DNA of 64,000 bases from Felis catus (taxonomy: Eukaryota), in contig NC_058368.1 of the NCBI RefSeq assembly GCF_018350175.1, positions 15,006,001 through 15,070,000 on the forward strand. The letters are read 5' to 3'. Position 1 is the stretch's first letter. The number at the start of each line of letters is the position of its first letter. The notes under the pieces were generated by a model. The model had not been told where the DNA came from. It saw nothing but the letters and a program-made list of their open reading frames with translations, and did not search any database. Position numbers and translations under genes: made by a program. This document shows, piece by piece, positions 25,709-36,110 of the stretch.

Positions 25709-26519
25709 GGAAGGCCCCATAACACTTTCTGGGAAACACTGGTAAACATCCCCAGACCCTTCTCCTATCTCCTCATAACTAGCTCTCTGGCCCATTTGAT
25801 CATATTGTATCCAGAAAGTTGCTTGTCAAAATGGTGAAGGTGAACTGTGTGAGGTGTCAGAAGGAACAGTAGGGATAGATGTGTAAGTTATTTATTTTTT
25901 GAAAAGTGACTGGAGCTAGCTCAGATACATTTTTACATTGTCACTTTCCCTTGCATTTTGGATAGGGAATAAGGTGGGATTACCATTTGCTGGTGTGTTG
26001 AGAATGTCACCAAATCTTGAGCATCCCCGTAGATTTGACCACCCCTGTGAATGGCGCCCATGGTGTGAATCAACAGAAAAAAGATTGAGGGCTGCTGACT
26101 TAGCTACCTAAGGACAGCCATGTGGAGGGACTCAAGAAAGAGAGGACATCTCTATTTAAAAGCTTAAAATTTTATGAAGGGAACCCAGATGTAAAGAGAG
26201 AAAGGCCAATTTAATTCCAGCATTTCCTGCATCCATGGGGTGCTGGATTTATACACCTGCTATTACTTTTTCAGTGATCACCACCCTCTCTTAAAAACTC
26301 CCTCCCCCTGCCTCATTTCACATGCAGTGGCTTCATCCATGTTATTGATTGGTGCCTCTAGCAGGCAGGAAGTCCAACAAAGCAGCCTGAGAAAGAATCA
26401 GTTAGAAGCAGCTGCTTACCAGGGAGGATTTGTGGTGGGGGGTGGGGGTGGGGGTGGGAATCTACTGACAAAATAGATTTGTCCCCATTGGCCTTAGATG
26501 GGAACAATAACATCATCAA

Positions 26520-26740
26520 CAACAATAATCATAGCAGCTAACACATAATGAATGGTCACAGTGCCAGGCCTGTTTTCTCACTGAATTTTCCCACAACCTT
26601 GAGAGGCAGGCTCTATTAACTCTTCATTTCCACAAATAAGGAAATCAAGGTGTAGAGGGGTACAGCAACCTGTTCATAGTCACCCAATCATAAATGATGG
26701 GGGTTGCACCTTGTGGAGGTATGTCCAACTCCAAGGCTTT
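26520..26740 (-). mobile_element. MIR SINE
   Basis: aatcatagcagctaacac...cacaaccttgagaggcagg...aaggaaatcaagg. Confidence 0.7.
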
Positions 26741-27940
26741 TACACTGTTGGCTTTATGTCTAACCTGGCTTCAAACTGTCATTTGATTCACCTTTTTTTG
26801 GTCAGAAAATACAGCTAAAAGCATTGTCTTCAACTGGTTGGTTAAAATAAAATGATTCTGAGCAGTTGACGTAGCGACAGCAATAGGCAGGTTTGGGGTT
26901 ACCTCCACAAGACCATATTGGGGGCAAAAGCCTGTAGAATGGGTTTAAAAGAGAATTAGAGAAATCCTTTTGAAGAATTTTGTTCCAAAGGGAAGCATTC
27001 CCTCAAAGGTAGTAAAAGTTGAAAATAAAGTGTGCAAAAACAAAATGCCCAGAAAAATGCATTAGCAATAGACCTTAAACTGGTAAATAAGTGAGATTTA
27101 CTTACCAAATTATATTTGTTATAACTCTAATCATTTGATGTTGATATTATATGAGCCAGGCTTCCCCACCAAAAAAATATGCATCAGTGCCTTAGAGCAA
27201 TTATAGAATTAGATAGTGTTCTGGTATTGTCATGTTCCTAGGTTTATTTATTTATTTTTATCTCTCTTTCTCCATTTCCCCTCTTTTTTTGAGTAAGAAC
27301 ATTCAAATTCTACTTCTCTTAGCAAATTCCAATTATACAGTACAGTGTTATCAACTATAATCACCATGTCATGTATTAGATCCTCAGACCTTATTCATCT
27401 ATATTATAACCTTTTACCAACCTCTCTCCATTTCCTCCATATCCTAGCCCCTGGCAACCACTTTTTTACTATTTCTATGAGCTTGAGTTTTTTTCTTTTT
27501 TTAGATTGCATATATAAATAATATCATGGAGTGCTGATCTTTTTTTTTTTTGGTCTGGCTTATTTTACTTAGCATAATGCCCTCTAGATTCATTTATATT
27601 GTTGCAAATGATAGGATTTTTTTCTTTTTTAAGACTAAATATTTTATATGCATACATATATTATATATAATACATTTGTAAATATATGTTATATATAAAT
27701 ACATAAAGTTTTTAATATATACAAATATATAAATTCATCAAAATATATACATATCACATTTTCTTCATCCCTTCATCTGTCCACAACACAACACAAAAAC
27801 AGGTTGTTTCTATACTTTAGCCCTAATGAACAATGCTGCAGTGAACAGGAGACTACATGCATCTCTTCAAGATAATGGTTTTGCTTCTCTTGGATACATA
27901 TCCAGAGATGGGATGAATTATATAGTAGATCTATTTTTAA

Positions 27941-28144
27941 TTTTTTTAATGTTTATTTATTTTTGAGAGAGAGAGAGTGTGAGCAGGGGAGGGGCAGAGA
28001 GAGAGGGAGACACACAATCCGAAGCAGGCTCCAGGCTCTGAGCTGTCAGCACAGAGCCCGACATGGGGCTCGAACTCACAAACTGTGAGATCATTACCTG
28101 AGCTGAAGTCAGATGCTTAACCTACTGAGCCACTCAGGTACCCC
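27941..28144 (-). mobile_element. Can-SINE (felid type)
   Basis: Antisense SINE. TSD ctatttttaattttt. Confidence 0.95.
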
Positions 28145-28729
28145 TCTATTTTTAATTTTTTGAGGAACTTCCATACTGTTTTCCACAGTGACTGTGCCAG
28201 TTTATATTCCCACCAACAGTGCGTGAGGGTCCCCTTTTCTCCACATTCTTGCTGGAATCTGCTATCTTTTTCATCACAGATATCTTGACAGGTATGACGT
28301 AATAGCTCATTGTGGTTTTGATGTGCATTTCCCTCGTGATTAGCAATGTTGAGCATCTTTTCATGTACCTGTTGGCCATTTGTGTGACTTCTTGGAAAAG
28401 TGTCTATTCAGATTCTTTGCCCGTTTTTTAATTGGGTTGTTGTTTTTTGTTTTGCTTGCTTTGGTTTGGTTTTTGCTATTGAGTCGTATGAGCTCTTTGT
28501 ATATTTTGGATATTAACCCCTTAATGGATATGTGACTTGCAAATGTCTTCCCCCATTCCATAGGTTGCCTTTTCATTTTGTTGATTTCCTTTCCAGAAGC
28601 TTAGTTTGAGGCATTCCCACTTGTTGATTTTTGCTTTTGTTTCCTTTACTTTAGGTGTCAGATCTAAAAAAAGTCATCAACAAGACCAATGTCAAGGAGC
28701 TTACCACCTACGTTTTCTTCTGGGAGGTT

Positions 28730-28947
28730 TTTTTTTTTAAGTCTATTCCTTTATTTTGAGAAAGAGAGTGAGCATGCATGCAAGTGGGGAAGGAGCTGAG
28801 AGAGCGAGCGACAGAGAGAATCCCAAGCAGGCTCTGTGCTGTCAACACAGACCCCAATGAGGGGCTTGATCTCACAAACCATGAGATCGTGACCTGAGCT
28901 GAAATCAAGAGTCAGATGCTTAAACAACTGAGCCACCAGGATGCCCC
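28730..28947 (-). mobile_element. Can-SINE
   Basis: Antisense SINE. Degenerate TSD cttctgggaggtttt / cttctaggagtttt. Confidence 0.93.
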
Positions 28948-29744
28948 TCTTCTAGGAGTTTTATGGTTTCAGTCTTTAATCCATCTTGAGTTGATTTTGG
29001 TGTATGATATAAAATGGTCCTAGATTTAAAATCCATCAAGTCCCAACCCTATTTCCTGTCCCAAGAGCTATGAAAACCAACACAGAACCAAATATCTGGG
29101 TCTGAGTAAAAATGTTAAAATTTCCATTTCAAAAGCTGAGAACTCTCAGGACCAAGACAAAATGTGCAGATGAAAAAACCAACCACATGTAACTCTTGGT
29201 TTCAACTGACTCATTTAAAAACACTTGCTACCAAGAAAACAAATCTCTGCGATGCCACAAGTGCCAAGAATAACAAGGACAAATGTAAACAGTAATGCAA
29301 AATGCTGGATAGTGTGTTATACCACATCTCAAATGTGCGTATCAGTGCAATCCACAGATTTAACAGTGCTTATCCATCAGCTTTTGATGAGCATTACCAT
29401 CCTGTGCTTCCCTCTTGGAGCTGAAATTAGTTTGGTTTTCTGGCCTTGAGTATGCTTTTTGTGTTTGATGAAGTATTAACTGCTTTTAAGACACAAATTT
29501 TCAGAATATTGAGGCTTCTCTTTATTCTCAGCCATAAATTATCCTATTTTAATTTTTAAAGTTACAGTTGCTTCCAATGGCTATTTGTGTTGTGAAGGTG
29601 TTAATTATTTTCTGGGCCTAAATTGTGATAGCTGGCCTAATTATTGTAGGTCCAACGCCGAGCGTGGTTTATTATGGCTTTGTTTAGCTTCGCTGAGGGA
29701 CTGACCTAAAATGCCTCTTCTTCCTAAAGCTGAAAAATAATGTG

Positions 29745-29955
29745 ATCAGATTGTTGCAATGGTTTCCTAACCAATCTCTCTGCTTTCATTTTCATCCTCA
29801 CCCTCCAGCTCAGTCTATTCTCAAGGTAGCAGCTGAGTGAGGTTTTTAGTGCAAAAACTGTATATTGTCACTCCTCTGTTAAAACCTTCCAAGGGCTTCA
29901 TTTCATTCAGAAAATAAATCCTCAGGCCCTACTAGGCCCGATGTGATCTAGCCCC
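29745..29955 (+). mobile_element. L2 fragment
   Basis: ttgtcactcctctgttaaaaccttccaagggctt. Confidence 0.75.
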
Positions 29956-30018
29956 TGATACACACCAGAACTTGAATAAATCTTACAAACATAATAATGG
30001 GCAAAAGAAAACATTCAC

Positions 30019-30225
30019 AGGGGCTGGATGGCTCAGTTGGTTAAGCATTCAGCTCTTGATTTCGGTTCAGGTCCTGATCACGGTTCATGAGCTCAAGCCC
30101 CATGTCGGGCTCTGGGCTGACAGCATGGAGCCTGCTTGGAATCCTCTCTCTCCCTCTCTGTCCCTCCCTTACTCTCTCTCAAAATAAACAGAAAATGAAC
30201 ACAAATTTTTTTTTTAAAAAGAAAA
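30019..30225 (+). mobile_element. Can-SINE
   Basis: Head, CT tract, tail. Confidence 0.92.
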
Positions 30226-30324
30226 CATGCACAAAGAAATATGTATTATTCCAAATAAACATGTATTATTCCAAAGCAACTTTTAAAAACAGGCAAATGA
30301 TGTGTTGTATTAAAAGTTATGATA

Positions 30325-30520
30325 GGGGCACCTGGGTGGTTCAGTCGACTGAGTGTCTGACTTTGGCCCAGGTCATGATCTTGTGATTCGTGAGTTCAAG
30401 CCCCACATTAAGCTCGCTGCTATCAGCCTGTCAGTGCAGAACCCACTTGGATCCTCTGTCCCCCTCTCTCTGCCCCTCCCCCACTTGCACTCTCTCAAAA
30501 ATAAATAAAGATTTTTTTTT
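30325..30520 (+). mobile_element. Can-SINE
   Basis: Head, CT tract, tail; flanked by aaagt(t/a)atgatag. Confidence 0.93.
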
Positions 30521-30536
30521 TAAAGTAATGATAGCT

Positions 30537-30655
30537 GGGGCGCCTGGATGGCTCTATTGGTTGAGGATCTGACTCTTGATTTCAACTCAGGTCATGATCC
30601 CAGGGTCATGGGATGGAGCCCCACATCAGTCTCCATGCTGAGTAGGGAGCTTAAG

Positions 30656-30690
<35 letters not shown>

Positions 30691-30743
30691 TCCTCTGCCC
30701 CTCCCTGCCCCACTCATGCTCTTTCTCTAAAATAAATTTTTTT
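30537..30743 (+). mobile_element. Can-SINE
   Basis: Head, (CT)n, tail; flanked by taaagt(a/t)atgatagct. Confidence 0.93.
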
Positions 30744-30759
30744 TAAAGTTATGATAGCT

Positions 30760-30950
30760 ATTTGTTGGGGGCTGGGGGGAGAAGTGTATAGTAAGCAGAA
30801 GAGGGAACAAGTTTTCCGGAGTGTGGACAGTGTACTATTTCTTGACCTGGATGTTGGTACATGGTATGTTCACTTTGTGATAATTCATTGAGCTGTATAC
30901 CTACTATTGGTGCACCTTTCAGGAGGTTAGTTGTATTTCAGTAAAAATGC
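30760..30950 (+). mobile_element. L1ME 3' end (also 29960-30310, split by SINEs)
   Basis: tatttcttgacctggatg...gttcactttgtgataattcattgagctgtatac. Confidence 0.75.
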
Positions 30951-32011
30951 TTACCAGAGAGAGAATGAGAGGTGATAAAGTGAAGGTAAGCATAAAACAA
31001 TTCTCTCAAAGAGTTTTACTCTAAAGGGGAATAGAGAAATGGAACAGTAACCGGAAGGGAGTGTGGGTGGAGAGTGAAGTGCAGAAAAGGATGTGGAGTC
31101 AAAAGATTTTGTCTTTTTAATGGGAGATATTAAAGCATGTTTATTGTTCTGTGAGATCTACCCTATATAAAGGTTCTGTCCAGTATTCAAGGACAGGGGA
31201 CAAATGCCAGAAGAATGTCTTTGAGTAGTCAAGAGGGGAGGAGACCCAGGATGTGAGTAGAGGGGTAGGCCTAGAAAGGAGTATGGCACAAAGGATTTTG
31301 CTGACTGGATTCCAGAAGAAGAGTTTGGGTTCAAGGTGGGGTGGACAATTGAGTCCAAATAGAAGATACTAAGAGCTATGATGGCGGGAGAGTGATATGA
31401 GAACCTTAAGACTTCTGGTGGAGACTGAATCACACAGGCATGAAACAGTGATGGGGCTAGTTAGTCCCGTGGCCTTTTTAGGGGAAGCTGGGCAATTGGT
31501 TCTAATTATTGGCTCTTTGTGGACTGGTTTCACTTGGAGTGGTGGGACAGACTGCTGTGACTGGAGGGAAAAAAAGACAATGGCTGTCTTCATGGCCCTT
31601 ATGTCACGTCTAGAAGAGAAAGGGGTCTTGAACTTATAATGAATTTCTAGATATGGGATTGTGGAATTAAATGTACATTTAAAATCCTGACAAACACTGC
31701 CAAAGACGTGATGCAAATTTAAACTCCTGCCCGCATATATGATAGCTTTTCCCTACTCTCTTGCCAACACCAAGTTAAAGTTTATAACCTTTGCCAACTC
31801 TAGGAGAAGGGAAATAGCTCTTTGTTTTCATTTGTCAATGATGATTGTAAACATCTTTTCATACATTTGTCTTCCTTATGCTCCTTTATAAAATCCTGTT
31901 AATGAACTTTGCCCATTTTTCTCTCTGGTTGCTTGTCTTTTCCTTATTGATTTAAAGAGCTGATATGCTAGGGAAACAAGCCATTTGCCAATCATATTAA
32001 TAGAAATTATG

Positions 32012-32050
32012 GTGTGTGTGTGTGTGTGTGCGCGCACGCGTGAGTGCACG
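32012..32050. repeat. (TG)n(CG)n alternating purine-pyrimidine tract
   Basis: gtgtgtgtgtgtgtgtgtgcgcgcacgcgtg. Confidence 0.9.
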
Positions 32051-32845
32051 CTGAATCACGTGGGTCTGGGTTTCATTGCCATTCTTTAAAAAAAGTCATC
32101 ACTTTGAGTTTATAAAAATATACATCTGTTTTCTTTAATAATTGTTTTGGTTTTAATTTTTAACTCCCAACTCTTTAATATATCAGGAATTAATTATTTT
32201 GAATGAGTAGGAATGCAGCTTTACTGCTTTTATTTTCTCTTCCAAATAGCTAGCAGTGGTCCCATCACTGTTGCTGAAATAATCTACTTTCTGGTGACAT
32301 ACTTGAAATGCTAACTTTATCCTCCCCAGTTTTAAAAATACTTACCATTCAACTCAAGAGGAGGGCTCATCTGGATCCAGTCACACTCTATCAACCTAAG
32401 GACTATCCTTTTTTCTCAGCACACTGAGTACTTGGCACTTACTCCATATTCCTGAACTCTGTATCTGGGGTTACATTAATCTGAGTCTCTTACTGTGTTT
32501 CTGTGTCTTTAGTTTCTTACTTATTGCCATAGACTGGAAATAAATGACTTACCAGCAAAAAATTGGAGTCCCCTTCCTATATCTGTTATAAAAATGGAAA
32601 TTTATTACCTTATAAAAGTCTAACTCCCTGGGAATGGTTGATCTCCGAAATTATGGGCTGATGAATTTACATTCCTCCTTAACATGCTCACATAGTCTTA
32701 CTCTCTCATGCTTTTTCTCTCTCTGTGCACATGTTTATTCCAGGACAATCTCTCTTAGTTAAAGATTGAAGCTAATCAGTTAACTGGCCATTAGAAAGAA
32801 TTCTATCAAAAGCATTACAATAAAACATAGGCTTTAAGTATTTGT

Positions 32846-32871
32846 GTTCTGGAATATTCACATTCCAGAAT
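32846..32871. promoter_or_regulatory. Candidate heat-shock element
   Basis: gTTCtgGAAtaTTCa gives three perfect alternating nGAAn units, followed by TTCcaGAA. Motif match only. Confidence 0.35.
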
Positions 32872-33219
32872 GTGATTCTCAATTTCTAACAATATTGGAT
32901 AAATGAGGCGTTGCTGTAGTTACTGGCGCATGTGTTCTCTCAATAACCCTACACGATCACTTTTCCACAAATGAGAAGAAACACTCCCAAGTTTATACCA
33001 ATAACAGCACCCACTCCGTACCCACAATGCTGAGTATCCCATTCTCTAACCACTACAGCTGATCTTACCCCTACTTTATCCTTATGTCTCAGCTGTGATG
33101 CCAATGATTTTTTTTTACACACACAGGACTGAAACCTCAATCCACTGACCCTCTTTACAGTCCCCTTCCCACCCTCCCTACTTAGCTGAGGCTCCCTGGT
33201 TCTTTTTGTTTCCTGAATT

Positions 33220-33335
33220 AAATTTTTAAATTTTTAAATTAAAAAAAAACATTTAGTATAATTGACATAAACATTAAATTAGTTTCAGGTGTACAGCATA
33301 GTTATTTGACAAGCTTATATATTATGTTGTGCTCC
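33220..33335 (-). mobile_element. Short L1 3' terminal fragment
   Basis: agtataattgacataaacatt...agtttcaggtgtacagcatag. Confidence 0.8.
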
Positions 33336-33339
33336 CTGT

Positions 33340-34640
33340 TTCATTATCGTGACTCTCTCATACATTCCATGGACTCTCTAGAACCTATCTTCTCTGTCAA
33401 AAGTACTTGGTGAGACCCCAATTAAATCTCTGCCTATTCAACACCATCCTCCAGGCAGCTGGATCTGCCTGGAGAAAACACACAAACGTGCTGCCTGGTC
33501 TCGCTTCAGTTCATGACCACATGCTTCAAGTGAAAGCCCGTGCTGCACAGCAACCCTATGTTGCCATAGTTTATTCACACTCCCACTCTCCTAGAAAACT
33601 ATGTCAAACGTCCTTCTCTTTTCTCCAGCCTTTCAAAACTCCCACCATCACACCTATCCTCTTTCCTGCATCTGGGCCCATGCATGCTGCCTTCCCTCCT
33701 ACCACCACTGACAGGATACACCTGCTCTTGTCTCTGCAACTCTCTGGCTTACTCAGAGACACTGTGCCAGCATTACCTTACTTCTTTGCATTATAAATAT
33801 GCCCTTATTTACAGGATCATCTCTATCAGCATGCACACACAGAAATTTCTCCTCTTCTAACCACACGTGCTCCCCCCACCCCCAACAATTGCCTCATTCC
33901 CCAGCCCTCCTTCATGGCAAAACTCCATTTAGAGCTGTCTATTCTTGATGCCTCTGCATCTTCTCCCATTCTCCCTTGAATCCTCTCATCAGGCTTATAT
34001 CTCTTCCAGCCACCGAAACCATTATTTTTAATAACTATGTTTTAGGACCCATAGTCATAGTACCATCATCAGTTTGCCTGGGTTACTGAAAGAGTGTTCT
34101 AACTGCATCTCTCCACTTCTGCTCTGGGTCCCCACAGTCAACGCTCTGTCCAGCCATCACACTGGTCCTTTAAAATGTACCTCAGATCACATGCCTCCCT
34201 GCTTCCATCTACTAGGAAGCCACAGGCCTTTGAGGATCTACGCCATGTTGTTCCCCATTCTCTCCTCCTTCACTCCACTCCGGCCTCACTGACCTCCCTG
34301 CTGCTCCTCGAGTACACCCACCCTTGTGTCTCTTACCTGGTACACTCTCTTCCCAGATCACTAAAACAGCTTGCTCTCTGACTTGAGTCGTGTCTTCCAA
34401 ATGCCAACTTTTCAATCCCTCTCCCCCAACCTACCTATCTAAAATAGCATCCTGACTGTCCCTGTCCCTGCTTTCTCTCTTCCTTGCGGTATTCATCACA
34501 GGTCATGACTAGCTGACATGGTATTTTATATTTATTTATTTAAGGTATTCCCTCTTAGAACTTAAGCTCCCTGAAGTTAAAGAGTTTGCTAGAATAGTGC
34601 CCGTCTTGTGGAGGGCAGTCAATAAATATTTCTTGGCTAA
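33340..34640 (+). mobile_element. Degenerate L2
   Basis: C-rich L2 body, cagccatcacactgg motif, terminus ggcagtcaataaatattt. Confidence 0.7.
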
Positions 34641-34649
34641 ATATATCAC

Positions 34650-35120
34650 CCAGATATATTTTCATAACTGTGCAAAGATATAATTATGTTGCTTATTGTA
34701 ATATTGTTTGTAAAATTTTTAAATGAAGAAAAAATCCGTGTCATTGGGAAAACAGTTAAATATATTTTGAGATATTCTTAAAATAGAACACAAAGTCAGC
34801 TCTTAAAAAGAATGAAGTCTTGACACACTGGTATGGAAAATGTCCATAAATGAGTTAAGTAGGGAAAAAAATGAATGAAGAGCAATATTATAGGATTCTA
34901 ATTTTGTAAGATATCTAAACATCTCTTCATATGCATAATTCATATGTTTTTGTGTGCATAAAAGAAAATCTAGAAGGAAACACACCCATCTGTTAAGAGG
35001 GGTTACTTCCAGAGAGAGGGGGAATCTCAAAAGAAGGAAGAGATTTTTACTCCATTTTATACAATTTTGTTTGGTTTAAATTTTATAAACCCGTGTTACT
35101 TTCGTAACATGAAAGGTCTT
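34650..35120 (+). mobile_element. L1ME 3' UTR fragment
   Basis: ctagaaggaaacacacccatctgttaagaggggttacttcc. Confidence 0.65.
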
Positions 35121-35269
35121 TGAAAAGATTAAAAAGGGACCAATGATTAATGCTGGTTGATGGTGTCTGTGGTTCTCAGTAAGAAAGGCAAGAAAGCAGA
35201 AGTTATGGGGGGAAATGACCAGTGGGATGCTGCAGGCTTTCAGCAAAGAGGCAGAGCAAGCCTGTACAA

Positions 35270-35480
35270 GTATAATGAGCAATTTATTTATTGAGCCCTT
35301 ACTACGGGAAAGGTGCTATCCTCAATAACATATCGTGAGCATTTTCTCTAATCCTCGGAACAAGATTGCAGGTTAGGGATTAGCTCTACAGATGAGAAAA
35401 ACGAGGCCCAGAGAAACCAAGTGCTCACGAGCCCTGAGTGGAGAGCAGAAGCGATGGAGCTGGGGTTCAAATTTGCCATG
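35270..35480 (-). mobile_element. MIR SINE
   Basis: tacagatgagaaaaacgaggcccagaga core. Confidence 0.8.
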
Positions 35481-35889
35481 CTGCCTCTCACATAAATGAG
35501 CCCCGAAAGCTGGGTGTGACAGCAGAAGAGAAACTCAGGACCTGGAGAGTAATAGCCCCGGAGGAGGCTCCTTAGCAACCCCAGAATCATGTGGAGAATC
35601 CACACAAACTGCTTATTCCCTCCCTGCTACAAAAATGCTTCAGTCTGACTATGGTGGAAGGTGTGGGGAGTTGTGGGGATGGGGAAGAGGGTATCAAACA
35701 CAAGTGTTCTACTCTGCTGGCTCAACAATCACAGAAGAAGGGAGAGAGCTTATGAGAGAGACCCTCACTGTTTAGAACCCTACAAAGCTGGAGGAGCAGC
35801 ATGAAATGATATTGAGAACCAGGATTCTTCCCCCCACCCCGCAGTTCCCTGATGAGCAGAGAAGCTGCAGGAAGGGAGGGTAGCAAGAA

Positions 35890-36110
35890 AACAGCAGTTA
35901 CCACTTAGGGAGAGGTTGCTGCATGCCAGGAACTTTATAAACATTATCTTCAGTTCTCAGAGCCTGAATAAGTGAATATTGTCACCTCCGTTTTACAAAA
36001 GCGGAAACAGTGTGATGAAGTAAATAATTAGCTCAAATATATGCTAATAAGTGGTGGAACCAGGCTTCGGATCAAGCCACTATGACTTCTAACCTCATGC
36101 TTTTTCCTAC
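35890..36110 (-). mobile_element. MIR SINE
   Basis: gtgccagg-like start, ccgttttacaaaagcggaaacag core. Confidence 0.7.

Larger units (their letters stand above)
27285..29010 (-). mobile_element. L1 3' portion with two SINE insertions
   Basis: Minus-strand ORFs MANRYMKRCSTLLITREMHIKTT and KRQPMEWGKTFASHIS match the ORF2p C-terminus. Confidence 0.93.

Noticed and set aside
26350..26369. Possible CTCF site gcctctagcaggcag
   Set aside because: It mismatches the core R-K positions and is too weak without a PWM score.
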